Assembly (NCBI GenBank): GCA_043814015.1
Contig: JBDRKM010000267.1
Location: forward strand, 8,773-72,772
DNA: 64,000 nt
Source: Pseudomonadota bacterium
GTDB lineage: Bacteria; Myxococcota_A; UBA796; JAFGLY01
Reading direction: 5' to 3'
Within the stretch, counting starts at the first letter, position 1; each line of letters begins with the position of its first letter. The notes beneath the pieces are model-generated. The model was given only the letters and a program-made list of their open reading frames with translations, searched no databases and was not told where the DNA came from. A program made the position numbers and the translations under genes. Positions 43,810 through 52,954 of this stretch are shown here, piece by piece.

Positions 43810-46798
43810 CTACCGAACCCCCAGCACCACCCTCAGCGCCGGGCTCTGCTCCATGGTGGCTCGGTCCTGTGGGGCGAGGTCGCGCTGCAGGGTCCGCAGG
43901 AGGGAGCGCGCGCGCCGCCTGAGGGAGGCGTGGCGGGTGCTGTCCCCCACCGCCTCCGCGTGACGCAGGGCCGCGAGCAGCCACTCGAAGCGCCACAGAC
44001 GCGCGCGCTCCCGCCTGGTCCAGGTGCCCACGGGGGCGAAAAAGGCCTCGGGATCCTCCCTGGGACCGACCAGCTCCCAGCGCGCCAGCCTGGCCCGGGC
44101 CTGGGGGGGTTGCGCGCGGGCCGCCTCGATCCGCGGCTGCGCCGAGGCCAGCAGCGCCTCGGCCTCGGCCCGCCGGCCCTGCCGCCCCAGGGCCCGGGCC
44201 AGCCAGCAGCCCAGGGTGGCGCGGGCGAGGACGAAGTCGGTGCCACGCAGCAGGTCGAGCCCGCGACGGGCGGCCTCTTCGGCCCTCCCCGGCTCGCCGC
44301 GGAGCAGGGCGACGCGCGCCAACAGACGGGCGCGCTCGGCCGCCAGCTCGGGACGGTGGCACTGACGCAGCAGCACCCAGGCGTCAGCGAGCCGCTCGCG
44401 ACATGGGCCGGGCTGGAACAGGTCGAGATCGAGCTCGGCGAGGGCCATCAGCAGCCGCGCGCGCGGCGGCCCGGGCACGCCCACCTCAGCGGCCTCGATG
44501 GCCTGCAGGAGCAGCCCCCGGGCGGTCGCCAGCGCCCCCTGGAGGCGGGCGGCGCCGGCCTCGGCCACCGCCAGGGCGGCGCGATCCGCGGCGCCCCAGG
44601 CGCCCGGCGGGGGCTCGGCGGCGTTCCGTACGACCCACGACACCTCCCGGAGCCGGCCCTCCTGCAGGCAGGCCAGTGTGTACTCGGCCGCGGCCTCCGG
44701 GCCAGGATTGCCCCGCAGCGCCTCTCCCGCGGCGCGCCCCCGGGCCACCCGCAGCGCCACCGCGTCGAGCGGCCAGCCGGGGTCGGGAGATGCGGACCCG
44801 GGATCGCCGAGCCACCGCTGGGCATCCGAGGCCCCCTCGCGCGCCAGCATCCCGGCCGCGCGCGCGAGCGCGATGCGCCGGCCCCAGCGGGGCGCTTGCG
44901 CCCATCCCACCGTGGCGGGCCGGCGAAGCTCCTCCTCGGCCCGCAGCAGGTCAGCCTCCGCCTGCAGGTCCCGGTCTCCGGCCAACTGCCGCGCGAGGCC
45001 GCGCCACGCGAACAGCACGGCGCGCGCGGAGGGCTCCGGCTCCTCCTCCGGCTCCACCGCGAGCATCCCGGCGAAGGGCTCCCACGCCTCCCCGGCCAGC
45101 CCTGCCCAGGGCACCGCGACGGGCTCGCCGGCGAGGTGGAGGCCCAGCCTGAGGCCCCCGCATCCCGGCCCCTCCTCGGCCCCCGCGATGCCCTCGACCC
45201 ACACCGGGAGGCCTTCGGGGGTCGCGGACAGGGCCAGCCGCCGCGCCGCCACCTGCTCCCGGGTCCAGGCGCCGACCCCGCCGGCGGGAGCGCGCCCAGG
45301 GTGCAGCAGCGCCGCCTCGATGGAGTACGGGAGGACGCGCTGCGCGCTGAGGGTGCGGGCGTGCCGCACCATCGGAGCGCCGGCGAGGGGCGGCAGGCGC
45401 AGGTGCAGGGCGCAGGCCGGCCCGAGCTGCGCGGCTCCCACACCATCGACGCGCCACAGGCCCACGGCCCTGATGGCCCGCCCGCGCGCGGCGCCGGTGG
45501 CCAGGACGGCGGACAGATCGGCGATGTCCGACTCCCCGGCGCGCTCCAGGCCGTCGATGGTCAGGACGATGGGGGTCGCGCGGCCGTGGGCCAGGCGGTC
45601 GAGGGCGCCCACGGTGGCCTCCCGCGGAGCACCTGTCCCGCCACCACCGCGCCGCAGGTGACGCGGCAGGGCGAGCAGCAGCCGCGGGAGCAACCCTCCC
45701 GCCTGCCCGTCCGCGAGATCCACGCCCACCGCCACGCCGCCGCCGCGCCGCGTCGTGGCCACGATCCAGCCCAGCAGGGCGCCGTCGTCCTGCCCCGCGC
45801 ACGACTCCAGCACCGCCAGGCTGCCGGCTGGAGCAGCGGCCACAAAACCGTCGAGGACCTCCAGCTCGGCACAGCGCCCGCACAGGGGCGGCGGCTCGGG
45901 CCAGAGGGCGATGGCCCGCCCCGGCTCGGGGACCACCAGGGGCCGGATCCGTTCGAGGACCGCACCGGCGCCGCCCGGACGGTGCTGTGGCTCGGGTTCC
46001 AGCAGGGCGCCGACCAGCTCGGCGATCTCGGGAGCCACGCCTGTCACGCCACGCAGGCGCTCCATGGGCGCGCCCGCGGCGCGCGCCGCGAGCGCCGCAC
46101 CCGGCTCGGTGGCCGGGAAGGGCAGCTCACCGGTCAGCATGCGGTACCACAGCACCCCCACCGAGAAGAGGTCCGTGCGGGCATCGAGATCCGCGCCACA
46201 CAGCTGCTCGGGGCTGGCGTAGACCACCGTGCCGGCGAAGGCCCCGCTGCCCGGCACCCGCACGGGGCCCCACCCTCCACCCGCGGGAGCGTAGGCGGCC
46301 GCGCCGAGGTCCAGCAGCTTGATCCCCCCCTCGACGGTGGCCAGCACGTTGGAGCTCTTCACGTCCCGGTGGATGATGCGCCGGCGATGCAGGTAGGCCA
46401 GCGCCTCCAGCAGGTCGCGCGCGATGTGCAACGCCCGGCTGGCCCGGGCCTGGCTCCCGCGGGGCCCCGCGGCCTGCACGCTGGCCTGGGAGCTGACCCC
46501 GACCACGAGCTCCATCAGGAGCCAGGGGGGCCCCCCGGGCAGGCGCCCACAGCTGTACACCCGCACGATGCCCGGGTGGTCCAGCAGCGCGAGGGCGCGG
46601 TACTCTCGCCGCGCGTCCCGGTCGGGGTGGTCGGGGTCCCGCAGCAGCTTGAGGGCCGCCCGTTGGCCGGTGCCGGGGGTGCAGCACCTCGTAGACCTGC
46701 GCCGCCCCGCCGCGGCCGAGCCGGCGCAGCACGCGCCAGGGGCCCAGGCGGCCCAGGATCGCAGGGTTGAAGGGGGAGGCTCCAGACACGAGCGTCAA
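43810..46798 (-). pseudogene. Ser/Thr protein kinase fused to a large ATPase/TPR-like C-terminal region; frame broken by a 1-nt shift at the G5 run 46675-46679
   Basis: The N-lobe is in ORF 46127..46798 (ILGRLGPWRVLRRLGRGGAAQVYEV) and turns to junk after ...EVLHP. The rest is in ORF 43810..46566 and its upstream in-frame extension (TGQRAALKLLRD...LDHPGIVRVYS...IIHRDVKSSNVL...LLDLGAA...YASPEQ). The span is 2989 nt, which is 3n+1. Confidence 0.75.
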
Positions 46799-46909
46799 GC
46801 TACCCGCTCCGGGGCCCGCGCGTCGATCCCGGCCACGAAGGAATGGATGCGCCCCCGCGGGTGGAGAGTTAGCAGGGCCCCGCTTTTCCTACCGCACCCT
46901 GGAGTTCCC

Positions 46910-48001
46910 ATGCGCGCATCGCCGCTTCTGTTCGCCCTCCTCACCCTCGGCGCCTGCCAGCAGGGCGGCCCGGTCACCACCGAGCCGGCCGCGAAGTTCC
47001 AGATGCCGCTGCCCACCGCTTCGGCCGACACCGCCCCGGACCAGGTCGTGGCCACCTGGGCGGGCGGCAAGCTCACCTACGGCGAGGTCATGGAGGAGGC
47101 CAAGGGTCAGCTGATCAAGCAGGAGATCGAGTACCTGACCCAGCGCTACTCCACCATGCGGCGCGCCATCGATGGCAAGGTCAACGAGGCCCTGATGCAA
47201 GCCGAGGCCAAGAAGCGCGGCCTGGCCGACGCCGACGCGCTGGTGGAGCAGATCAACCAGCAGCACACCGAGGTGACCGACGCCGAGATCTCCTCCTTCT
47301 ACGACGAGAACAAGCGCCGGTTCCGCGGCAAGCCCCTCGAGCAGATCAAGGACGCCGTCAAGGGCCAGCTGGTCAGCTCCAAGCAGCGCGAGGCTGTGAA
47401 CGCCCTGGTCGAGCAGCTGCGCAACGAGTCCAGCGTGGATGTGGCCCTCGAGCCTCCCGAGCTGCCGCGCCTGGAGGTGGCCAACGGCACGCAGGCCGCC
47501 CGCGGGCCCGAGAACGCCCCCATCACCGTCGTCGAGTTCGCCGACTACGAGTGCCCGTACTGCAGCCGCGGCTACGAGACCATGAAAGCCGTCTACGAAA
47601 AGTACGACGGCAAGGTGAAGTGGTACTTCCGCGACTTCCCCCTCTCCTTCCACCAGAACGCCATGGCCTACGCCACCGCCGCCCACTGCGCCGGCGAGCA
47701 GGGCAAGTACTGGGAGATGCACGACGCCATCCTGGACAACCAGAAGTCCATCGACGCCAAGGGCGGCCCCACGGGCCTGGCCAAGGAGCTGGGGCTGACC
47801 GAGGCCGCCTTCGCCTCCTGCATGGAGAACAAGGAGATCACCAAGCGCATCATGGAGGACATGACCGACGCCCAGTCGGTCGGGGTCACCGGCACGCCCG
47901 CCTACTTCGTCAACGGCATCATGGTGTCGGGCGCCCAGCCCATCGAGGCCTTCTCGACCATCATCGATCGGGAGCTCGAGGCGGCCGGCCAGGGCAAGTA
48001 G
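46910..48001 (+). CDS. DsbA-family thiol:disulfide oxidoreductase lipoprotein with an N-terminal SurA/PpiD-like chaperone segment
   Basis: The internal ATG at 46910 gives MRASPLLFALLTLGAC (lipobox). FADYECPYCSRG is the CxxC active site in a DsbA-like context. Confidence 0.8.
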   Translation: MRASPLLFALLTLGACQQGGPVTTEPAAKFQMPLPTASADTAPDQVVATWAGGKLTYGEVMEEAKGQLIKQEIEYLTQRYSTMRRAIDGKVNEALMQAEAKKRGLADADALVEQINQQHTEVTDAEISSFYDENKRRFRGKPLEQIKDAVKGQLVSSKQREAVNALVEQLRNESSVDVALEPPELPRLEVANGTQAARGPENAPITVVEFADYECPYCSRGYETMKAVYEKYDGKVKWYFRDFPLSFHQNAMAYATAAHCAGEQGKYWEMHDAILDNQKSIDAKGGPTGLAKELGLTEAAFASCMENKEITKRIMEDMTDAQSVGVTGTPAYFVNGIMVSGAQPIEAFSTIIDRELEAAGQGK

Positions 48002-48005
48002 CGGC

Positions 48006-48416
48006 GTGGCGGGGGTCCTCTTCGCCTGCGTGGCGAACTCGGCGCGCTCCCAGCTCGCCGAGGCCATCGCGCGGCATCTGGCCCACGGTGCGCACGACTT
48101 CTGGTCCGCCGGCAGCCAGCCCTCCCACGTCAAGCCCGAGGTGCGCGCCGTCCTCGATGAAGTGGGGATCCACGCGCGCGGGCTGCGCGCCAAGGGGTTC
48201 GCCGCCCTGCCCTGGGAGGAGATCCACCTCGTGGTCTCGCTCTGCGCCGAGGAGGTCTGCCCGGTCCTGCCCGGCGCCCAGCGCCGCCAGGCCTGGCCCC
48301 TGCCCGACCCGGCCGCGGCCCCGGACGACGAGCGCCTCGAGGCCTACCGCGCCGCGCGGGACGAGCTGCTGCGCCGCATCCCCCAGCTTTTGGCCGCCCT
48401 GGACGGCGTCGCGTAA
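48006..48416 (+). CDS. LMW-PTP-fold arsenate reductase / protein-tyrosine phosphatase
   Basis: The N-terminal ACVANSARSQLAE is the CX5R(S) P-loop. LCAEEVCP supplies the downstream Cys pair typical of thioredoxin-coupled ArsC. GTG start. Confidence 0.7.
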   Translation: MAGVLFACVANSARSQLAEAIARHLAHGAHDFWSAGSQPSHVKPEVRAVLDEVGIHARGLRAKGFAALPWEEIHLVVSLCAEEVCPVLPGAQRRQAWPLPDPAAAPDDERLEAYRAARDELLRRIPQLLAALDGVA

Positions 48417-48438
48417 CGGCCGGGGAGGCTGAGGGCTC

Positions 48439-49002
48439 ATGCAGGGTTCGGACCCCGCCGCCGGAGGCAGGCACATGCCGCGTGCGCTCAAGGACTACGC
48501 CATCCTCGCCCTCGCCGTGATCGCGGGCTGGTACGCCATCGCCACCTTCTTCCCCGACGCGCCCGATCTGGAAGGCCAGGCCCCGGCCCTCAGCCTGCCC
48601 GATCCCGAGGGCCAGCTCCACGCCCTGACGGATCTCAAAGGCGAGCCGGTCATCGTCAACTTCTGGGCCACCTGGTGCCCCCCCTGCGTCCAGGAGATCC
48701 CCGAGTTCTCCGCCTTCTCCAAGGACCACCCCGAGATCCCAGTCCTGGGCGTCGCCGTGGACTCCGGCTCCCCCGCCGAGATCCGCGCGGCCGCCAGGCG
48801 CCTGGGCATCAGCTACCCCGTGCTCATCGCCGACCAGGCCACCTACGACCGCTGGGACGTCTCCACCCTGCCCACCACCGTGTTCATCGCGCCCGACGGC
48901 ACGGTGGCCGGCAGCCACGTGGGGGGGATGAGCCGCGAGGCGCTGGAGAAGGCGCTCGTGGAGGCGGTGGGGGAGCTGCCGCGGCATGGCGCCGTGCGGT
49001 GA
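48439..49002 (+). CDS. TlpA/ResA-like membrane-anchored thioredoxin-fold protein
   Basis: A TM helix (YAILALAVIAGWYAIATFF) is followed by VIVNFWATWCPPC. An alternative start lies at Met13 (48475). Confidence 0.8.
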   Translation: MQGSDPAAGGRHMPRALKDYAILALAVIAGWYAIATFFPDAPDLEGQAPALSLPDPEGQLHALTDLKGEPVIVNFWATWCPPCVQEIPEFSAFSKDHPEIPVLGVAVDSGSPAEIRAAARRLGISYPVLIADQATYDRWDVSTLPTTVFIAPDGTVAGSHVGGMSREALEKALVEAVGELPRHGAVR

Positions 49003-49015
49003 AGCGCGAGATCCC

Positions 49016-50467
49016 CTATCTGCCGCGAACTCCGATCCACACGGACGCCCCCACCCCCTCCACCACCACCGCATGCCCGCGGTAGCCCTCCACGGGCCCC
49101 TCCCAGCTCAGCACCAGCGCCGCGCGGCCCTCCTCCACGATCTCCCGATCCAGCCCCACGCGCCTGAGCGCCGGCCCCACGTGCTCGCGCCAGGAGTGGG
49201 TGGTCTGCAGGGCGCAGGGGATCTCCATGTCCCCGAGGATCAGCACCGGCCCCTCGGGCGCGCGCCGCGCGGCCTCCATCACCGCGCCCATCCCGAGGTC
49301 GTCATGGACCGCCGGCCGCAGCCAGACCTGGGGGCAGCGCTCGTCCACCACCCGGGCGCTGGCCGGGATCGGCAGGGTCCACAAGGAACCGGCCACGCTC
49401 CAGCCGACCCCGAACACCAGCAACCCCGGCACGGCCCAGCGGCGCCGCCCCCCGCGCACGGAGGCCGCAGCCACGGCGGCCAGGAGCCCCAGGGCCGGCA
49501 GGGCCGGGGCCATCAGCCGCGGGTACTTGCGCGGAACGAGCAGCAGGATCAGCAGGCTGGCCCCCAGCCACAACACCGCCAGCCGCGCGCGATCCCGGGT
49601 GGCGGCGTCCGCCGCGCGCCAGCCCCGCACCGCGCCCAGCCCTCCCAGCACCAGCAGCGCCGGCCCAGCCCCGACCCACAGCAGGGACCAGGGGTAGAAG
49701 GCGATGTGCCGCCAGAGCCCCAACCCCGGCGTGCCCGCCGCGCTCTCGGCGGTGTAGTCGAGCTGGCCGGCGAGGTTGCCGATCATCCACGGCGCCGCCA
49801 CCGCCGCGCCCACCACCGGCACCAGCAGCACCCCCGGACGCCGCGGCAGGCGCAGCGCCAGCACCGGCAGCAGGTAGATCATGGCGGTCTGCTTGACCAG
49901 GAAGGCCAGCCCCAACCCCAGCCCCACGGCGAACAGCCGCGGCAGGGTGGGCCGCGCCCGCGCCGCCTCCCCCAGCAGCACCACCACGGCCACCACGGCC
50001 ACCAGCGCCCCCTCGATCATGAAGTGCCGCCCGAGCCCGCACACCAGGGGCAGGGCCAGCACCGCCGCGAAGCCCACGGCCCGAGCCCAGGCGCCCAGCG
50101 GCCAGGCCAGGCGTGCCACGGCCACCGCAGCCAGCAGCGGCCCCAGCAGGTTCAACCCCCGCACCCAGGGCGAGGACGGATCGCCGGCGCCCACCAGCGC
50201 CCACCAGGCGCCCACCACCCCGGCGTACAGCGGCGGGTAGGAGCCGAGCCGGCCCGCGAAGGTCTGCCCCAGCGCCGTGAGCGGCCGCCCCTCGCGCCAC
50301 CAGGCCATGAACAGCTCGGCGGCCCCCACGTGGCCGGCCTCGTCGCCGTCGAACACCAGGCGTTCCCAGGCGATCCAGCCCAGGCCCCCGGCCAGGTGCA
50401 GCGCCAGCACGGCGAGCGCCAGGAGGAGGGGCCAGCGGGGATGAGGCGGTGCAGGCATCGGAGACAT
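49016..50467 (-). CDS. GT-C fold glycosyltransferase (ArnT/PMT family 39/83-like) integral membrane protein
   Basis: About 10 hydrophobic helices. The first loop carries FDGDEAGH (a DE motif), and the C-terminal domain is soluble. The family assignment comes from architecture only. Confidence 0.6.
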   Translation of the reverse strand: MSPMPAPPHPRWPLLLALAVLALHLAGGLGWIAWERLVFDGDEAGHVGAAELFMAWWREGRPLTALGQTFAGRLGSYPPLYAGVVGAWWALVGAGDPSSPWVRGLNLLGPLLAAVAVARLAWPLGAWARAVGFAAVLALPLVCGLGRHFMIEGALVAVVAVVVLLGEAARARPTLPRLFAVGLGLGLAFLVKQTAMIYLLPVLALRLPRRPGVLLVPVVGAAVAAPWMIGNLAGQLDYTAESAAGTPGLGLWRHIAFYPWSLLWVGAGPALLVLGGLGAVRGWRAADAATRDRARLAVLWLGASLLILLLVPRKYPRLMAPALPALGLLAAVAAASVRGGRRRWAVPGLLVFGVGWSVAGSLWTLPIPASARVVDERCPQVWLRPAVHDDLGMGAVMEAARRAPEGPVLILGDMEIPCALQTTHSWREHVGPALRRVGLDREIVEEGRAALVLSWEGPVEGYRGHAVVVEGVGASVWIGVRGR

Positions 50468-50523
50468 GGACCTAACTGGTTACAAGTCGATCCCCTCCGT
50501 CCGTTCCTCGAGGCCCGCTCCCC

Positions 50524-52926
50524 TTGCGCCGCTCCCTGCGCCTCCAGGCCCTGCTGATCCGCGCCCTCGCGGCGGCGTTCTTCGCCGCGCTGCTCGGCGG
50601 GCTGCTGCAGCTCTCTCCCCAGCCGCTCACCGATCTGTTGCTGCGCTGGGATCTCGGCCCGCCCACCCAGCGTCCGGTGCTGCTGGTGGTCATGGACCAC
50701 GGCGCCACCTCCGGGGCCTACCTGCGGTTGGCGGCCCAGCTGCAGCAGGGGGGCACGGCGGCCATCGCCCTGCTCGACGACGATCTGCCCGATCTGGGCG
50801 ATCCCGGCGTGATCCAGCTCAGCAGCCCCGGCGGCGCCCTGGACGAGGCTGGGCTGCAGCCCGACTGGGATGGCCGCCACCGCCGCTGGGATCCCGATCT
50901 GGCCGGCCGCCCAAGCCTCCCGGCCCGCCTGCTGGCCGCCGCCGGGCAGCCGGTGCCGTCCCGCCCCCAGCGCCTGGGCATCCAGTCCGGGGGCGTCCCC
51001 ACCCTGAACCAGCGCCAGATCGCGGGCCTGTCCAGCGCCGCCATCGAGGGGCGCATCGCCGTGGTGGGCAGCCAGGATCCATGGGACAGCCCGCAGGTGG
51101 AGGCGCCCGGGGCCAGCTTCACCCTGGCCGAGGCCGTAGCCCGGGCCGCCGCCGGGCCCGATCTCCCGCTGCTGCCCCCGGGGCTCGCCGCCATCCTGGC
51201 CGGCCTGCTCGCGCTCGGCGCCACCCTCGCCCTGCTGCTGGTGCGCACCACCGCGGCCCGCGCCGTGTTCCTCGGCTGCTGCGGGCTCGCCTGCCTGCTG
51301 CTGGCGGCGCTGGGTCTGCGCCTCGGGGCGGTCATCCCGGTGGAGGTCCTGGTGGCCGGGCTCGCGTCGGCCGCCTTCACCTGGCGCGCCACCACCTGGC
51401 AGAACGTGGAGATGCAGCTGCAGCGGCTGCAGGACAACCTGCTCGTGCGCCTCGGCGAGGGGGTGGATCTGGCCGAGGCCCCGGTGGAGTCCACCTGGCG
51501 GGACCTCTGCCGCGCCGCGGTCACCTGGGGCGGCGCCGAGGCGGCCTGGGTCTTCCAACGCCGCGGACGCGAGGTGCAGCCGCGCGGGCGCGCCGGGCGC
51601 GTGGAGGGCGTGGATCACGATCACCTCGCCGGGCTGATCGAGGCCCAGGTGCACGCCGCCCCCATCGAACCCGTCCCTCTGCGGGGCGAGGACGGCGCCC
51701 GGAACGGCCTGTACGCGGTCGCCCTGCGCGCCCCCGGGGGTGCGCCCGGGCTGCTGGTGGTGCGCCCGCGACCCGCGGAGGGCGCCCAGGCCAACACCGA
51801 GGTCCCCACCCTGAGCACCCCCGTGCACCCGAGCCTGCAGGTCTTCGCCGACCACGCCGGCGCGCGCCTGGCCCGGGGTCGCTCCCGGGCCGCCCTCCGG
51901 CACGTGGTGACCGAGCAGGGGATCCGCGCCCGCATGCTCGAGCTGTCCCTGAGCCTCGATCACCTGCTGGACCAGCGCGACCTGCTGCTCGCCTCCCACC
52001 AGGACTCCCGCACCGCCCACGCCCTGTACGATCCCCTCGGACGGCCGCTGCTGGTGGACGATGGCTTCCGGCGCGTCCTCGATGGCCTGCGCGTGCCCCC
52101 CGAAGCCGACATCGCCGCGGTCTGGGAGGGCCTGCACCTGCCCCCCGGGCCGCTGCACGATGTCCTCGCCGGCCACGACCCCCTGCGCGCGCCCCTGGCC
52201 CTGCCCGGCGTAGGCATGGACTGCTGGATCTACCCCTGCGCCTACCAGAACCGCATCATGGGGGTCGGGATCGAGCTGACGGACATCTCCGAGCTGCAGG
52301 CTCAAGACACGGTGAAGTCCGGCCTGCTCGAGATGATCTCCTACCGGGTCCACAACATCCTGGCGGCCATCCGGGGCTACGCCGATCTGCTCGCCGTGGG
52401 CGCGGTGGAGGCCGACGAGGTGGCCCCCCGCATCGCGGCCCGCTGCGGCGAGATGGCGGAGATCTTCGACCGCTATGAGGATGTGGCCCGCTCCACCCCC
52501 GGCGGCGCGCCAGAGCCCATCCAGATCATCGATCTGCTGCAGGAGGTGGTGGCCGGCGCGCGCCGCACCCTCGGCGAGCACCGCGTGCGCCTGGTCAACA
52601 CCCCGGTGGCCCTGGCCCCGGCCCTCGCCCACCGCACGGATCTCGCGCGCGCGCTCATGAGCCTCATCCAGGAGCTGGCCGGCGACACCACCCACCAGCA
52701 GGCCGTGCTGGTGGAGCTGCAGGCGCCCGCGGGCGCCGTGGAGATCATCGTCCGCACCGAGGGCCAGGCCGCCCCGCTGTCCGTCCTGCAGCGCCTCGCC
52801 GCAGAGCCCCGCGACCAGGGCTCGGCCGTGGCCAGCCGGCTGGTGGCCTCCATGCAGGGCGCCTTCGTCGTCGAGAGCGGCGGCGAGGCTGGCGCCCGCT
52901 ACCGCGTCAGCCTGCGGGAGGCCTGA
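50524..52926 (+). CDS. Membrane sensor with a CHASE2-like periplasmic/TM region and a histidine-kinase-like C-terminus with a degenerate ATPase domain
   Basis: TTG start. An N-terminal TM helix, about 200 aa of loop and then 3 TM helices. The DHp-like segment is LLEMISYRVHNILAAIRGYADLL. I cannot find N/G1/G2 boxes in the C-terminal 150 aa. Confidence 0.55.
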   Translation: MRRSLRLQALLIRALAAAFFAALLGGLLQLSPQPLTDLLLRWDLGPPTQRPVLLVVMDHGATSGAYLRLAAQLQQGGTAAIALLDDDLPDLGDPGVIQLSSPGGALDEAGLQPDWDGRHRRWDPDLAGRPSLPARLLAAAGQPVPSRPQRLGIQSGGVPTLNQRQIAGLSSAAIEGRIAVVGSQDPWDSPQVEAPGASFTLAEAVARAAAGPDLPLLPPGLAAILAGLLALGATLALLLVRTTAARAVFLGCCGLACLLLAALGLRLGAVIPVEVLVAGLASAAFTWRATTWQNVEMQLQRLQDNLLVRLGEGVDLAEAPVESTWRDLCRAAVTWGGAEAAWVFQRRGREVQPRGRAGRVEGVDHDHLAGLIEAQVHAAPIEPVPLRGEDGARNGLYAVALRAPGGAPGLLVVRPRPAEGAQANTEVPTLSTPVHPSLQVFADHAGARLARGRSRAALRHVVTEQGIRARMLELSLSLDHLLDQRDLLLASHQDSRTAHALYDPLGRPLLVDDGFRRVLDGLRVPPEADIAAVWEGLHLPPGPLHDVLAGHDPLRAPLALPGVGMDCWIYPCAYQNRIMGVGIELTDISELQAQDTVKSGLLEMISYRVHNILAAIRGYADLLAVGAVEADEVAPRIAARCGEMAEIFDRYEDVARSTPGGAPEPIQIIDLLQEVVAGARRTLGEHRVRLVNTPVALAPALAHRTDLARALMSLIQELAGDTTHQQAVLVELQAPAGAVEIIVRTEGQAAPLSVLQRLAAEPRDQGSAVASRLVASMQGAFVVESGGEAGARYRVSLREA

Positions 52927-52954
52927 TGTCCGCGGCGATGAGCATTCCGTCCCG

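Noticed and set aside
43930-46770. 946-aa plus-strand ORF
   Set aside because: It is antisense to the Ser/Thr kinase gene, whose catalytic motifs are unambiguous on the minus strand.
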